DNA of 64,000 bases from an uncultured virus (IMG/VR IMGVR_UViG_3300021959_000013). Taxonomy: Duplodnaviria > Heunggongvirae > Uroviricota > Caudoviricetes. A program made the position numbers and the translations under genes. Every line of letters starts with the position of its first letter. Positions within the stretch are counted from its first letter, which is position 1. Below, one piece after another: positions 10,039-20,584 of the stretch. The stretch lies in IMG/VR virus record IMGVR_UViG_3300021959_000013; one strand, written 5' to 3'. Below the pieces are notes generated by a model. The model had not been told where the DNA came from, did no database searches, and saw only the letters and a list, made by a program, of their open reading frames with translations.

Positions 10039-11751
10039 ATGGCATTTCAAGTATCACCAGGCGTCGAGGTAAAAGAAATTGACGCAACGAATGTAGTTCC
10101 AGCCGTATCAACCAGCATTGGTGGATTCGCAGGCGCATTCAACTGGGGTCCAGTGGAGCAAATAGTAACAGTAGGTTCTGAACAAGAACTTGCAGCGACT
10201 TTTGGAGCTCCAGACGATTCCACAGCTAAACACTTCTTAGTAGCAGCATCTTTCTTAAAGTATGGTAATGCACTAAAAGTGGTTCGAGTAGCTTCCGGTC
10301 ATAAGAACGCGACCGCACAAGGTACAGGACAGCTGATAAAAAATGATGAAGATTATGCGAATAATTATGGAGCGGGTCAGCTAAATTTGGGGTTATGGGC
10401 AGCTAAACATCCAGGCGTACTGGGTAATAGCTTAAAGGTATCAATGGTTTCAGCAGGAAGTTCACCGTTTAGCGGATGGGCTTATGCTAGTAATTTTGAT
10501 GCTGCACCAGGTACATCTACATCAGCAGCTGCAGTCGGCGTTTCAAACGACGAATTGCATATTGCAGTTATAGATGAAGACGGAGCTATCTCCGGAACAG
10601 CTGGGACAGTATTAGAAACATTTGGGTTTGTATCACAAGCTTCAGATGCTAAAAAAGACGATGGTACCTCTCTTTATTACGTTGATGTTATTACTACTCA
10701 ATCTAACTATATTCGTTGGATTGACCATGATAGCACTAACTTAGATGAAGCCGGATTTACCCTAGCAGCAGCGAAAGCAGCCAACACAGATAGTGAAGGT
10801 GCTAACCAATTTAAGTCTCATAGCTCAGCAATTGAACATTCACTAACAGGTGGATTAGACGATAACGCACCAACAGTTGGAGAAATAGCAGCAGGATTCG
10901 ATCTTTTATCCGATGCAGAAACTGTAGATGTTAACTTACTTTTTGCAGCAGCAGACGCCGATGGCGCTGAAGCAATTGCAGAAGATTTAATATCAATAGT
11001 AAATGCAAGGAAAGATTGTATGGCATTTATATCTCCACCACTAGAAGACACTGTTAACAACGCTACTCCAGCAGCAAGTGTAAAAGCTTTTGCTGATGGT
11101 TTAACATCAACATCTTATGCTTCATGTGATTCAACAGCATTATATGTATATGACAAATATAACGACAAATACAGATATATAGCTGCTTCAGGACACATGG
11201 CAGGACTTTGCGCAAATACTGATTCAGTAGCTGATGCATGGTTCTCACCAGCAGGTGTAAACAGGGGTCAACTTTTAGGAGTAACTAAATTAGCATTTAA
11301 TCCTAAGAAAGCAGACAGAGATTCTTTATATAAAGCAAGAGTCAATCCTATAGTATCATTACCTGGACAAGGTACTTTACTATTTGGAGACAAAACTTTA
11401 TTAAGTAGACCTTCAGCATTCGATAGAATAAATGTACGTAGACTCTTTATCGCATTAGAAAAAGCGGTTAGCACAGCAGCTAAAGCGCAACTATTCGAAT
11501 TTAACGACGAATTTACAAGAGCACAGTTCAGAAACTTAGTTGAACCGTTCTTAAGAGACGTCAAAGGTAGACGTGGACTTTCAGACTTTTCAGTAGTTTG
11601 TGATACCACTAACAACACTAGCTCAGTAATTGATGGTAATAAATTTGTAGCTGATATCTTTATCAAGCCTGCAAGAAGTATTAACTTTATAACATTGAGC
11701 TTCGTAGCAACTAGGTCCGGAGTAGAATTCTCCGAGATCTCAGGTTCATAG
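10039..11751 (+). CDS. gp18: Tail sheath protein gp18
   Basis: SPGVEVKEID, WFSPAG.NRG, FDRINVRRLF, FEFNDEFTR. Confidence 0.97.
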   Translation: MAFQVSPGVEVKEIDATNVVPAVSTSIGGFAGAFNWGPVEQIVTVGSEQELAATFGAPDDSTAKHFLVAASFLKYGNALKVVRVASGHKNATAQGTGQLIKNDEDYANNYGAGQLNLGLWAAKHPGVLGNSLKVSMVSAGSSPFSGWAYASNFDAAPGTSTSAAAVGVSNDELHIAVIDEDGAISGTAGTVLETFGFVSQASDAKKDDGTSLYYVDVITTQSNYIRWIDHDSTNLDEAGFTLAAAKAANTDSEGANQFKSHSSAIEHSLTGGLDDNAPTVGEIAAGFDLLSDAETVDVNLLFAAADADGAEAIAEDLISIVNARKDCMAFISPPLEDTVNNATPAASVKAFADGLTSTSYASCDSTALYVYDKYNDKYRYIAASGHMAGLCANTDSVADAWFSPAGVNRGQLLGVTKLAFNPKKADRDSLYKARVNPIVSLPGQGTLLFGDKTLLSRPSAFDRINVRRLFIALEKAVSTAAKAQLFEFNDEFTRAQFRNLVEPFLRDVKGRRGLSDFSVVCDTTNNTSSVIDGNKFVADIFIKPARSINFITLSFVATRSGVEFSEISGS

Positions 11752-11761
11752 GAGATAAGAC

Positions 11762-12289
11762 ATGGCAATATTAGGCGTAGACGATTTTAAATCAAAATTA
11801 GTAGGCGGTGGAGCAAGGTCTAACCTTTTCAAGGTGACTATGAACTATCCAAGTTATGCACAAGGCGATGTTGAACAAACATCTTTCATGTGTAAAACGG
11901 CTCAAATGCCTGCATCAATTATAGCACCTATCCCTGTATTATTCAGAGGTAGAACATTGCAAATAGCTGGTGATAGAACATTCGACCCTTGGACAATTAC
12001 TGTAATCAACGATGTTGATTTCACAGTTCGTAACGCTATGGAACGTTGGATGAATGGTATTAATGGACATAACGAAAACACAGGATTATCTAATCCTACT
12101 GACTATCAATCAGACGCAATTGTTGAACAATTGAATAAGGCTGGAGAAGTTACAAAGAAATATGACTTTAGAGGTCTATTTCCAACTAACATTTCTGAGA
12201 TAGAAGTAAGTTATGATTCAGAAAATACTATAGAAGAGTTCACTGTTGAATTCCAGGTTCAATACTGGGAATCAGACACTACTTCGTAG
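11762..12289 (+). CDS. gp19: Tail tube protein gp19
   Basis: GGGARSNLF, FRGR..IAGDRTF..W, IEEFTVEFQ. Confidence 0.96.
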   Translation: MAILGVDDFKSKLVGGGARSNLFKVTMNYPSYAQGDVEQTSFMCKTAQMPASIIAPIPVLFRGRTLQIAGDRTFDPWTITVINDVDFTVRNAMERWMNGINGHNENTGLSNPTDYQSDAIVEQLNKAGEVTKKYDFRGLFPTNISEIEVSYDSENTIEEFTVEFQVQYWESDTTS

Positions 12290-12292
12290 GTA

Positions 12293-12300
12293 TATAAATA
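12293..12300 (+). promoter_or_regulatory. Late promoter TATAAATA (gp20)
   Basis: Exact consensus, followed by a GAGGGGA/TCCCCTC hairpin at 12310-12330. Confidence 0.75.
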
Positions 12301-12351
12301 ATATTAAACGAGGGGATTTAATGTCCCCTCCGATAATATTGAGGTAAATGT

Positions 12352-13854
12352 ATGGCTGAATTATTTGGCTTTGAAATAAATAGAAAGAGTTCTAAAGTAA
12401 AAGAACTACCTTCATTCGTTCCTAAGACGGACGAGGATGGCTCGGGTGTAATTCAAGCGGGCGGTCATTTTGGCGCTTACATCGATATGGATGGCGACAA
12501 GTTCAAAAATGAAGTCGACTTGATACTAAAATACAGAGATATAGCATCACAACCAGAATGCGATGCCGCTGTTGAGGATATAATAAATGAATCAATAGTA
12601 GGTAATAATGATGAAGCTCCAGTTAATTTAGTATTAGATGAATTAGATATATCAGATAAAATGAAAGAGGCTGTTAAATTTGAATTTGATACAGTCCTTA
12701 AATTGTTAAACTTTAACGCGTATGCTCATGATATATATCGTAAATGGTATATTGATGGAAGGCTACCGTATCATATTATAATAGATAAAAGCTCGCCTAA
12801 AAAAGGTATTCAAGAACTGCGATATATCGACCCTACCAAATTAAGAAAGGTAAAAGAGGTTGAAGAAAAGCAGGACCCTAAAACAGGTGCTAAGATTATA
12901 GAGAAAAGCGATGAATTCTTTTTATTCCAAGACAAGTTAATGTCTGGAGCAGAACAAGGATTGAAAATATATCCTGATGCAATTGCATACTGTACATCTG
13001 GTCAAATGGACCCAGGTAGAAAAAGAATATTATCGTATTTACATAAAGCTTTAAAACCAGTGAATCAACTGAGAATGATGGAAGATTCACTAGTTATATA
13101 CAGAATATCACGTGCCCCAGAACGTAGGATATTTTATATTGATGTTGGTAATTTACCTAAAGGTAAAGCCGAGGAATACTTAAGAGGTATCATGAATCAA
13201 TATAGAAATAAGTTGGTATATGACGCATCGACTGGTGATATCAAAGACGATAAAAAACATATGAGTATGTTAGAAGACTTTTTCCTACCAAGAAGAGAAG
13301 GTGGAAGAGGTACTGAAATCACCACGCTACCAGGCGGCGAAAACTTAGGACAAATAGATGATATTATATACTTCCAAAAGAAATTATATAAGTCACTTAA
13401 TGTTCCAGTTAATAGATTAGAACAAGAGGCTCAGTTTACACTAGGTAGAAGTAGTGAAATAACAAGAGATGAAGTAAAGTTTAAGAAGTTCATAGACAGA
13501 TTAAGAAAAAGATTTTCTGATTTGTTTATGCAGTTATTAAAAACTCAATTATTACTCAAAGGTATTATTACTGAGAGCGATTGGAAAGATTGGAAAGAAA
13601 GTATTGCCTTTGACTATATTGAAGATAACTACTTTTCTGAACTTAAACAATCAGAAATGTTGAGAGAAAGATTTGAAATGTTAGGAAACTTAGATGAATA
13701 TGTAGGTAAATACATTTCTAATGAATGGATACGTAAAAACGTATTACGTCAGACTGATGATGAAATTGAAGAAATTCAAAAACAAATCGATCAAGAGACT
13801 AAAGATGGAGATAACGATGCTCCTGATGGAGACGACCCTCGTTGGGACGGATAA
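12352..13854 (+). CDS. gp20: Portal protein gp20
   Basis: IYRISRAPERRIFYIDVGNLPK, MLEDFFLPRREGGRGTEITTLPGG. Confidence 0.98.
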   Translation: MAELFGFEINRKSSKVKELPSFVPKTDEDGSGVIQAGGHFGAYIDMDGDKFKNEVDLILKYRDIASQPECDAAVEDIINESIVGNNDEAPVNLVLDELDISDKMKEAVKFEFDTVLKLLNFNAYAHDIYRKWYIDGRLPYHIIIDKSSPKKGIQELRYIDPTKLRKVKEVEEKQDPKTGAKIIEKSDEFFLFQDKLMSGAEQGLKIYPDAIAYCTSGQMDPGRKRILSYLHKALKPVNQLRMMEDSLVIYRISRAPERRIFYIDVGNLPKGKAEEYLRGIMNQYRNKLVYDASTGDIKDDKKHMSMLEDFFLPRREGGRGTEITTLPGGENLGQIDDIIYFQKKLYKSLNVPVNRLEQEAQFTLGRSSEITRDEVKFKKFIDRLRKRFSDLFMQLLKTQLLLKGIITESDWKDWKESIAFDYIEDNYFSELKQSEMLRERFEMLGNLDEYVGKYISNEWIRKNVLRQTDDEIEEIQKQIDQETKDGDNDAPDGDDPRWDG

Positions 13855-13857
13855 TTT

Positions 13858-13865
13858 TATAAATA
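13858..13865 (+). promoter_or_regulatory. Late promoter TATAAATA
   Basis: Exact consensus upstream of prohead core gene. Confidence 0.75.
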
Positions 13866-13884
13866 TATAAACAAGGATAAACAA

Positions 13885-14088
13885 ATGAATGTAAATGAAT
13901 TGATTAAGAATCTACAAGATGGAGATAACGTTTCAGCAAATAGACAGTTTAATACTGTAATGGCTGACAAAATGACAGCTGCTCTTGATGCTAAGAAAAT
14001 AGAAATTGCATCAGGAATGATTCAGCGTAAAACTTCAGAAGAAGAAGTTTCTGCAGTAGCTGAAGAACAAACAACTGAAGAGGAGTAA
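13885..14088 (+). CDS. Prohead core protein (gp67-like)
   Basis: Small protein with acidic tail between gp20 and gp21. Confidence 0.65.
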   Translation: MNVNELIKNLQDGDNVSANRQFNTVMADKMTAALDAKKIEIASGMIQRKTSEEEVSAVAEEQTTEEE

Positions 14089-14112
14089 TATCCTCTAATA
14101 CTAGGTATTTAA

Positions 14113-14769
14113 ATGAAATTAATAACAGAGTACGTAGAACAAAATATAGAAACGATTTGTGAACAAAAGAAAGATGGTAGTAAAGACTATTTCATCGAAG
14201 GTGTGTTCATGCAATCGAATAAAAAGAACAGAAACGGTCGTATTTACGAAAAAGCTTCATTAGAAAAAGCTGTAGAAAAATACGTCGTTGAACAAGTTAA
14301 GCAAGGAAGAGCTGTTGGAGAGTTAAATCATCCAGAAGGACCAACAGTAAACCTTGACAAAGTTTCACACAAAATCACTGATTTGCATTGGCAAGGAAAT
14401 GATGTTGTAGGAAAGGCATCAATATTAAAGACACCTATGGGAAAAATAGTCGAAGGACTACTCGAAGGTGGAGTTAAGCTTGGTGTTTCAAGTCGTGGTA
14501 TGGGAAGTCTTGTACAGAAGAATGGCGCTAGTTACGTGGGGGACGACTTTATGTTGGCCACAGTAGATATCGTTCAAGACCCAAGCGCTCCAAGTGCATT
14601 TGTAAATGGAGTGATGGAAGGTGTTGAATGGGTATGGGATAACGGCCTTATTCGTCAACAAGATATTGAAGCAATTGAGACTGAAATTAAACGCGCTCCT
14701 CGCAAGGATTTGCAAGAAGCTGAAATAAGAGCGTTTAAAAATTTCCTCTCTAAATTAAATCTAAAATAG
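14113..14769 (+). CDS. gp21: Prohead protease gp21
   Basis: KNRNGRIY, GELNHP, GVSSRGMGS, DIVQDPSAP. Confidence 0.97.
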   Translation: MKLITEYVEQNIETICEQKKDGSKDYFIEGVFMQSNKKNRNGRIYEKASLEKAVEKYVVEQVKQGRAVGELNHPEGPTVNLDKVSHKITDLHWQGNDVVGKASILKTPMGKIVEGLLEGGVKLGVSSRGMGSLVQKNGASYVGDDFMLATVDIVQDPSAPSAFVNGVMEGVEWVWDNGLIRQQDIEAIETEIKRAPRKDLQEAEIRAFKNFLSKLNLK

Positions 14770-14781
14770 GAGAAAACTATT

Positions 14782-15930
14782 ATGTCAGACGACAGAAATC
14801 AGTCAGAAGAAGTAGTAGAATCTGTTGAAGAAGAGCAAGTAGATGCTCTCGTTGAAAATGAAATTTTAGACGAGGAATCTCTTGAAGAAACTTATGGCAA
14901 AGGCAAGAAAAAAGTCAATGCTATGAAATATAACTCTAAAGAAGAACCAGTAGAAGAAGAGGAAGAAGAAGACGAAGAGGAAGTCAAAGAAGACGCGCCT
15001 CAAGTTGAAATTCCAAAAACTAAAGCTGGAGTTATTCAAGCAACAGTTGATATGCTTAAGAAGGCTAAATCAGAAGACGCAAAAAAACTTTATTCAAAGT
15101 TAGTGACTATCGATAGTGAACCTGAATCAATCAAGTCAGAAAAGGATGCAGAAAAAGCTGTATCAGGCAAAATGCCGGAACCTAAAGCAAAAGCTAAGGT
15201 TGAGGCTATTGACTTTTCAGATGACATTGATGCAATCATTAAAGAAGAAGCAACTTTATCTGAAGGATTCCGCGGAAAAGCATCTGCAATATTCGAAGCA
15301 GTACTTACTAGTAAGTTAAGCGAAGAAGTTGACAGGCTTGAAGCAGAATATGCGCAAAATTTAGAAGAAGAAGTTAGCGAAGTTCATTCTTCACTAGTAG
15401 AAAAGGTAGATTCATACCTTAACTATGTAGTTGAAGGTTGGATGGAAGATAACGAACTCCAAGTACAAGAAGGTCTTAGGACTGAAATTGCTGAAGAGTT
15501 TATGACTTCACTACAATCAGTGTTCAAAGAACACTACATCGAAGTACCAGAAGGTAAAGAAGACCTCGTTGATGACCTTAGCGAACAAGTTTCTGAATTA
15601 GAAAGTACTTTAAACAAAACCACAGATGATAATATCGAATTACATGCTAAAGTTCAAGACTTTGAAAAACAAGCTGTAGTAAGAGAACAATCATTAGGGC
15701 TTGCTGATACTGAAGCTGAGAAATTAGCATCATTAGTAGAAGATATCGATTTTGATAGCAAAGAAACTTTCGAAATGAAAGTTAAAACTGTTAAAGAATC
15801 ATACTTCAAAAATGAAACTAACGAAACAGTTGATGAGGTTGACAGTTTATTAGGAGATGGAGCAGTCGAATCAGACGTTTCAGATGCTATGAGCAGATAC
15901 TCAGCAGCTATAACAAACTTTAATAATTAA
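14782..15930 (+). CDS. gp22: Prohead scaffold gp22
   Basis: Acidic coiled coil; KVDSYLNYVVEGW, FKEHYIEVPE; synteny. Confidence 0.93.
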   Translation: MSDDRNQSEEVVESVEEEQVDALVENEILDEESLEETYGKGKKKVNAMKYNSKEEPVEEEEEEDEEEVKEDAPQVEIPKTKAGVIQATVDMLKKAKSEDAKKLYSKLVTIDSEPESIKSEKDAEKAVSGKMPEPKAKAKVEAIDFSDDIDAIIKEEATLSEGFRGKASAIFEAVLTSKLSEEVDRLEAEYAQNLEEEVSEVHSSLVEKVDSYLNYVVEGWMEDNELQVQEGLRTEIAEEFMTSLQSVFKEHYIEVPEGKEDLVDDLSEQVSELESTLNKTTDDNIELHAKVQDFEKQAVVREQSLGLADTEAEKLASLVEDIDFDSKETFEMKVKTVKESYFKNETNETVDEVDSLLGDGAVESDVSDAMSRYSAAITNFNN

Positions 15931-15941
15931 GGAAAACAAAA

Positions 15942-17273
15942 ATGTTTAATGCAGATAAAAACTTAATGGAAAAATGGAGTTCAGTTCTCGACCACGAGTC
16001 AGTCTCCCCTATCCAGGATAACTACAAGAAAGCTGTCACAGCTAGATTGTTAGAAAACCAAGAAGTTGCCTTACAAGAAGAAAGAGTTCAAGCACAAGGA
16101 AATTATATTTCTGAAGCAGCAGCTGCCAATAATATTGGTGCTGGTAATATTGGTTCATTTGACCCAGTATTAATCTCTCTCGTACGTAGAGCAATGCCAA
16201 ACCTTATTGCTTATGATATCGCTGGCGTTCAGCCAATGAGTGGACCAACAGGTCTTATCTTTGCAATGAAATCAAAATACTCAACTCAGGGCGGAACAGA
16301 GGCTTTATTTAATGAAGCTGATACTGACTTCTCTGGAACAGGTACACATCAAGCTGAACCAACAGGTTTAGGTGGTGCAACAGACGCAGATACAGACGGA
16401 AGTATTGCTGATACCGCTGCTGGCGATATCACTAACACATTCGGTACTGGTCTTGCTACATCAGCGGCAGAAAGATTAGGAGTTGGCGAGTCCGGCGACG
16501 GTTCTTTCGGTGAGATGGCTTTTTCAATTGAGAAATCAACTGTCACAGCTAAATCAAGAGCTTTAAAAGCTGAATACACAATGGAATTAGCACAAGACCT
16601 TAAAGCAGTTCATGGATTGGACGCTGAAGGCGAACTTGCTAATATCCTATCAGCTGAAATATTGGCTGAAATCAACAGAGAAGTTGTTAGAACAATTTTA
16701 ACAAAAGCTAAAATTGGTGCTTTACAAACTTCTACTGCTGTAAGTGGTATTTTTGATGTTAACACAGACTCAGACGGAAGATGGATGGTAGAGAGATTTA
16801 AAGGTCTCATCATGCAGATTGAAAGAGAATGTAATGTTATCGCTAAAGAAACAAGAAGAGGAAAAGGTAACTTTATTATCTGTTCTTCAGACGTTGCTTC
16901 AGCTTTAGCTGCTGCAGGTATGTTGGATTATACTCCAGCTTTAGCTGCTAACTTAAATGTTGATGACACAGGTAATACTTTTGCTGGTGTTCTTAACGGA
17001 AGAGTTAAAGTCTATATCGACCCTTATGCAACTATTGACTTTGTATGTGTAGGTTATAGAGGAACAAACCCGTATGACGCAGGTATGTTCTACTGTCCTT
17101 ACGTACCATTAACAATGGTTAAAGCAGTTGGTGAGAATGACTTCCAACCTAGAATGGGATTCAAAACAAGATACGGTATGGTTGCAAATCCATTCGTAGC
17201 TGCTGACGGCACCGGTACAGACCGTGCTAACCAGTACTTCAGAATCTTCAGAGTTGACGACATTATGGTGTAA
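15942..17273 (+). CDS. gp23: Major capsid protein gp23
   Basis: LVRRAMPNLIAYDIAGVQPMSGPTGLIFAM, KAEYTMELAQDLKAVHGLDAE, YCPYVPL. Confidence 0.98.
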   Translation: MFNADKNLMEKWSSVLDHESVSPIQDNYKKAVTARLLENQEVALQEERVQAQGNYISEAAAANNIGAGNIGSFDPVLISLVRRAMPNLIAYDIAGVQPMSGPTGLIFAMKSKYSTQGGTEALFNEADTDFSGTGTHQAEPTGLGGATDADTDGSIADTAAGDITNTFGTGLATSAAERLGVGESGDGSFGEMAFSIEKSTVTAKSRALKAEYTMELAQDLKAVHGLDAEGELANILSAEILAEINREVVRTILTKAKIGALQTSTAVSGIFDVNTDSDGRWMVERFKGLIMQIERECNVIAKETRRGKGNFIICSSDVASALAAAGMLDYTPALAANLNVDDTGNTFAGVLNGRVKVYIDPYATIDFVCVGYRGTNPYDAGMFYCPYVPLTMVKAVGENDFQPRMGFKTRYGMVANPFVAADGTGTDRANQYFRIFRVDDIMV

Positions 17274-17304
17274 ACCGTAGTTAGTTAAATCTAATTCGAC
17301 TAAA

Positions 17305-17329
17305 GGGTTTCTTCGGAGACCCTTTTTTT
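17305..17329 (+). terminator. Rho-independent terminator after gp23
   Basis: GGGTTTC-TTCG-GAGACCC stem (cUUCGg loop) followed by T7. Confidence 0.92.
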
Positions 17330-17385
17330 ATGTGTATATATAATAGGTACACTAAAGTACAGACACATACACACAGGAGAAAAAT

Positions 17386-17601
17386 ATGTCAAACGGAAAA
17401 TCAGGCTTTGAAATAAGAGCCGACTTACTACACCAAGCTCAAGGTTTATTAGAGCAAAACATCCAGAGAAAAGTCGATGCAATTTATATGCATAACGATA
17501 ATCATCCAGATGATAAGAAACCTTTACCAGCCGCTTCAATTAGCGCAGGCGATGTGATAGCAATTGCTGGTGAATTAAACGAATTTGTTAATAGTAAGTA
17601 A
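17386..17601 (+). CDS. Hypothetical protein
   Basis: AGGAG RBS, 71 aa ORF. Confidence 0.7.
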   Translation: MSNGKSGFEIRADLLHQAQGLLEQNIQRKVDAIYMHNDNHPDDKKPLPAASISAGDVIAIAGELNEFVNSK

Positions 17602-17609
17602 TAAACTCG

Positions 17610-17617
17610 TATAAATA
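17610..17617 (+). promoter_or_regulatory. Late promoter TATAAATA (gp3)
   Basis: Exact consensus 5 nt before ATG. Confidence 0.75.
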
Positions 17618-17622
17618 GATAT

Positions 17623-18093
17623 ATGGCAACTTTAACTACAAACAAGAATTTTTTGAGTCCAGTAGGATTTCAATTTAAAATTTCCAGCAACCTTTATCCT
17701 AATCTAGAATATTTTGCTGTTGCAGCTACGTTGCCAGGTCTTAATATGACACAGGCAGAACAGAGTTATCGTGGTGTTAACTTATCGTTTACTGGAGATA
17801 GACTTCAGTTTGATGATTTATCGCTACGTATTAATATAACTGAAAACCTTGATAACTATATTGAGACATTTGATTGGATGCATAAGTTAGTTCAGCAAAA
17901 AGACGCTGAAGACTTAAAAGTAGACGCAACTCTTCTTATACTTACATCACACAATAATGTAGTAAAGGAAGTAGAGTTTAAAGGAGTATTCCCAACAAGC
18001 ATGGAACCTATACAATTTGACGCACAAGCAGAAAGCGTTGAGTTTGTACAAATGGAAGTCAGCTTTGGTTATACTTACTTTGAATTTAAATAA
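17623..18093 (+). CDS. gp3: Tail completion/tube terminator gp3-like
   Basis: NFLSPVGFQF, PNLEYF, DATLLILTSHNN, FPTS; synteny after gp23. Confidence 0.85.
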   Translation: MATLTTNKNFLSPVGFQFKISSNLYPNLEYFAVAATLPGLNMTQAEQSYRGVNLSFTGDRLQFDDLSLRINITENLDNYIETFDWMHKLVQQKDAEDLKVDATLLILTSHNNVVKEVEFKGVFPTSMEPIQFDAQAESVEFVQMEVSFGYTYFEFK

Positions 18094-18096
18094 ACG

Positions 18097-18125
18097 TTTA
18101 CAAAAGCATAAAAGTATGGTATAAT
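18097..18125 (+). promoter_or_regulatory. Sigma70-type early/middle promoter (uvsY)
   Basis: TTTACA-N17-TATAAT with ATGG before the -10. Confidence 0.85.
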
Positions 18126-18133
18126 ATAATAGT

Positions 18134-18580
18134 ATGAATAATTTGCAACAAATATTAGAAATGTGGAAGACAGACTCGGTAATAGATGAAATGAATCTAG
18201 ACGAAACATCGAGAGATTCCGCTAAACTCCACGGTAAATACCTAGAACTTCTTTCAGTAAATCGTATGAAGCTCAAAAAAGCTGAACTTGAATTTAAAGT
18301 TATACTTAAAGACAAGTGGCTGCACCTTAACGGTAAAATGAGTAAAGTCGAGATTGACGAAAAAGGTTGGGACTATGACCCACTTAATGGAATAACTGTA
18401 TTAAAAGGAGACATGGATTATTACTATAATGCTGACCCTGTAATACAAGAACATCAAGCAAAGATACATTACCTCGAAGAAGTTTGCAGTACTTTAAAAG
18501 AGATATTAGAAAACGTTAAATGGCGACATCAAAATATAAAGAATATGATTGAATGGAGAAAGTTTACTAGCGGAGCCTAA
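18134..18580 (+). CDS. uvsY: Recombination mediator UvsY
   Basis: WKTDSVID, LHGKYL, IKNMIEWRKFTSG; precedes uvsW. Confidence 0.88.
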   Translation: MNNLQQILEMWKTDSVIDEMNLDETSRDSAKLHGKYLELLSVNRMKLKKAELEFKVILKDKWLHLNGKMSKVEIDEKGWDYDPLNGITVLKGDMDYYYNADPVIQEHQAKIHYLEEVCSTLKEILENVKWRHQNIKNMIEWRKFTSGA

Positions 18581-20076
18581 TGGATACTGTAACGATTCAA
18601 AAGAAGAATGAAGTCTTCTTAAATGTACAATGTGACCCCTCAATAGAAATGGAACTATCAGAACATTTTCAGTTCTTTGTTCCAGGCTATAAATTTATGC
18701 CAGCTTACAGAAATAGAATGTGGGATGGTAAAATCAGATTATTTGATTCCAGAAAGAAAACATTATACACAGGATTGCACAAATATTTGCGTGAGTTTTG
18801 TGAAGTAAGAGATTATACCCTAGAAGTTGTAGATTCACCTACCTATGGTGCACTCGAGTCCGCCCTCAGCCCTGACATAAATGGGCTATTATCACAAATG
18901 TCCCTTTCTGTGAACGGAGCTGATATAATACCCCGCCCATATCAGTTGGAGGGACTCTCGCACACGCTTTCTCAGGAAAAATCCTTATTACTATCACCTA
19001 CTGCTTCTGGGAAGAGTTTAATCATATATTTAGCTATAAGATATTACCTAGATGTTTTTGAAGGTAATGTTTTGCTTATAGTACCTACGACATCATTGGT
19101 AGAGCAAATGTATTCTGATTTCGGAGACTATTCTTCGAAGGATACTTGGTCTCATGCCGATAATTGTCATAGAATATATTCAGGTAGAGAAAAACACAAC
19201 GTAAATCAAAGAGTTATTATATCAACTTGGCAGTCAGTTTATAAATTACCACAATCTTGGTTTGCCGGGTTTGGGATGGTGATAGGAGATGAAGCACATA
19301 ATTTTAAAGCTAAGTCATTAACAAATATATTAGAGAAATGTACTGAAGCAAAATATCGTATTGGTACTACTGGAACATTAGATGGAACTCAAACTCATCA
19401 GCTTGTATTGGAAGGATTGTTTGGTCCAGTATATCAAGTAACTACTACAAAAGAGTTAATGGATAATGACGATTTAAGTCAATTAGATATAAATATACTT
19501 ATATTGAAATACAAAGAAGAATACTGTAAGCAGATAGTTAAGGAGAAATATCAGCAAGAGTTAGATTTTATAGTAAGATACGAACCAAGAAATACTTTTA
19601 TAAGTAATTTAGCTTTAGACCAAAAAGGAAATACATTGATACTCTTTAATTATGTGGATAAACATGGTAAACCATTGCACACATTGTTGCAAGGTAAAAT
19701 GCCAAAAGATAGAAAACTGTTTTACGTATCAGGAGAAACAGATGTCGATACAAGAGAGTCAGTCCGTGAGATTACCGAGAAAGAGAAAGACGCGATTATT
19801 GTCGCAAGTATCGGGACTTTTTCTACTGGGATTAATATACGTAATCTTCATAATATTATATTTGCCTCTCCAAGCAAAAGTCAAATTAGAGTCCTACAAT
19901 CAATCGGGAGAGGATTAAGGAAGAGTGAAGATGGACAAGATACAAAGATATATGATATAGCAGATGACTTACACTGGAAAAATCAAAAGAATTATACCCT
20001 ACAACATGCAGCTGAAAGAATTAAAATCTATTCTAAAGAACGGTTTAACTACAAAATGTTTGATATAAATATATAA
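18580..20076 (+). CDS. uvsW: SF2 helicase UvsW
   Basis: WDGKIRLF, SPTASGKS, DEAH, QSIGRGLR. Confidence 0.95.
   Translation: MDTVTIQKKNEVFLNVQCDPSIEMELSEHFQFFVPGYKFMPAYRNRMWDGKIRLFDSRKKTLYTGLHKYLREFCEVRDYTLEVVDSPTYGALESALSPDINGLLSQMSLSVNGADIIPRPYQLEGLSHTLSQEKSLLLSPTASGKSLIIYLAIRYYLDVFEGNVLLIVPTTSLVEQMYSDFGDYSSKDTWSHADNCHRIYSGREKHNVNQRVIISTWQSVYKLPQSWFAGFGMVIGDEAHNFKAKSLTNILEKCTEAKYRIGTTGTLDGTQTHQLVLEGLFGPVYQVTTTKELMDNDDLSQLDINILILKYKEEYCKQIVKEKYQQELDFIVRYEPRNTFISNLALDQKGNTLILFNYVDKHGKPLHTLLQGKMPKDRKLFYVSGETDVDTRESVREITEKEKDAIIVASIGTFSTGINIRNLHNIIFASPSKSQIRVLQSIGRGLRKSEDGQDTKIYDIADDLHWKNQKNYTLQHAAERIKIYSKERFNYKMFDINI
20064..20071 (+). promoter_or_regulatory. Late promoter TATAAATA
   Basis: Within the 3' end of uvsW, 6 nt before the next ATG. 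Confidence 0.6.
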
Positions 20077-20077
20077 T

Positions 20078-20476
20078 ATGGAAGGACTAAATATAAGACA
20101 CTTTAAACTCATGAATGGCGAAGAGATAATTGGTCTCGTTGCTCTTAAGAATGATGATAATTTTATAATTGAAAGACCAGTAAGACTGAATCCTAGCATG
20201 TTAGGTGGAGTTCAGTTTGTAGCTTGGTTTCCTTTCAGCGATGCTAAACAATTTAAAGTTTTTAAGAGTTCAATTTTACAACATGTTCCTGTAGCAGAGT
20301 CTATAAAAGAAACATATGTGAACTTTTCTCTTAAAATGGATAAACCAATTCAAACAGTTCAGACTAAATCAGACCAAGAGCTCTTAGACGAATACGAGAG
20401 TCGACTTGCTTCTGGTACTGACCTATTTGATGAAGAACCACTCAATGAGCTGGATAAGAAGAGAACATTACATTAA
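20078..20476 (+). CDS. Conserved T4-like hypothetical protein (Sm-like N-terminus)
   Basis: KLMNGEEIIG motif; lies between uvsW and gp55. Confidence 0.7.
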   Translation: MEGLNIRHFKLMNGEEIIGLVALKNDDNFIIERPVRLNPSMLGGVQFVAWFPFSDAKQFKVFKSSILQHVPVAESIKETYVNFSLKMDKPIQTVQTKSDQELLDEYESRLASGTDLFDEEPLNELDKKRTLH

Positions 20477-20509
20477 TATAGTATCCTCTACCGCTCCGGG
20501 TGTTAATAT

Positions 20510-20538
20510 ATTATACCATAAAAACAGGCAAATGTAAA
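20510..20538 (-). promoter_or_regulatory. Minus-strand sigma70-type promoter (antisense)
   Basis: Reverse complement reads TTTACA-tttgcctgtttttatgg-TATAAT (17-nt spacer). Confidence 0.8.
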
Positions 20539-20584
20539 CGTTTATTTTCACTTTTTGTGAAATAAATTTAAATTAAATTATTCC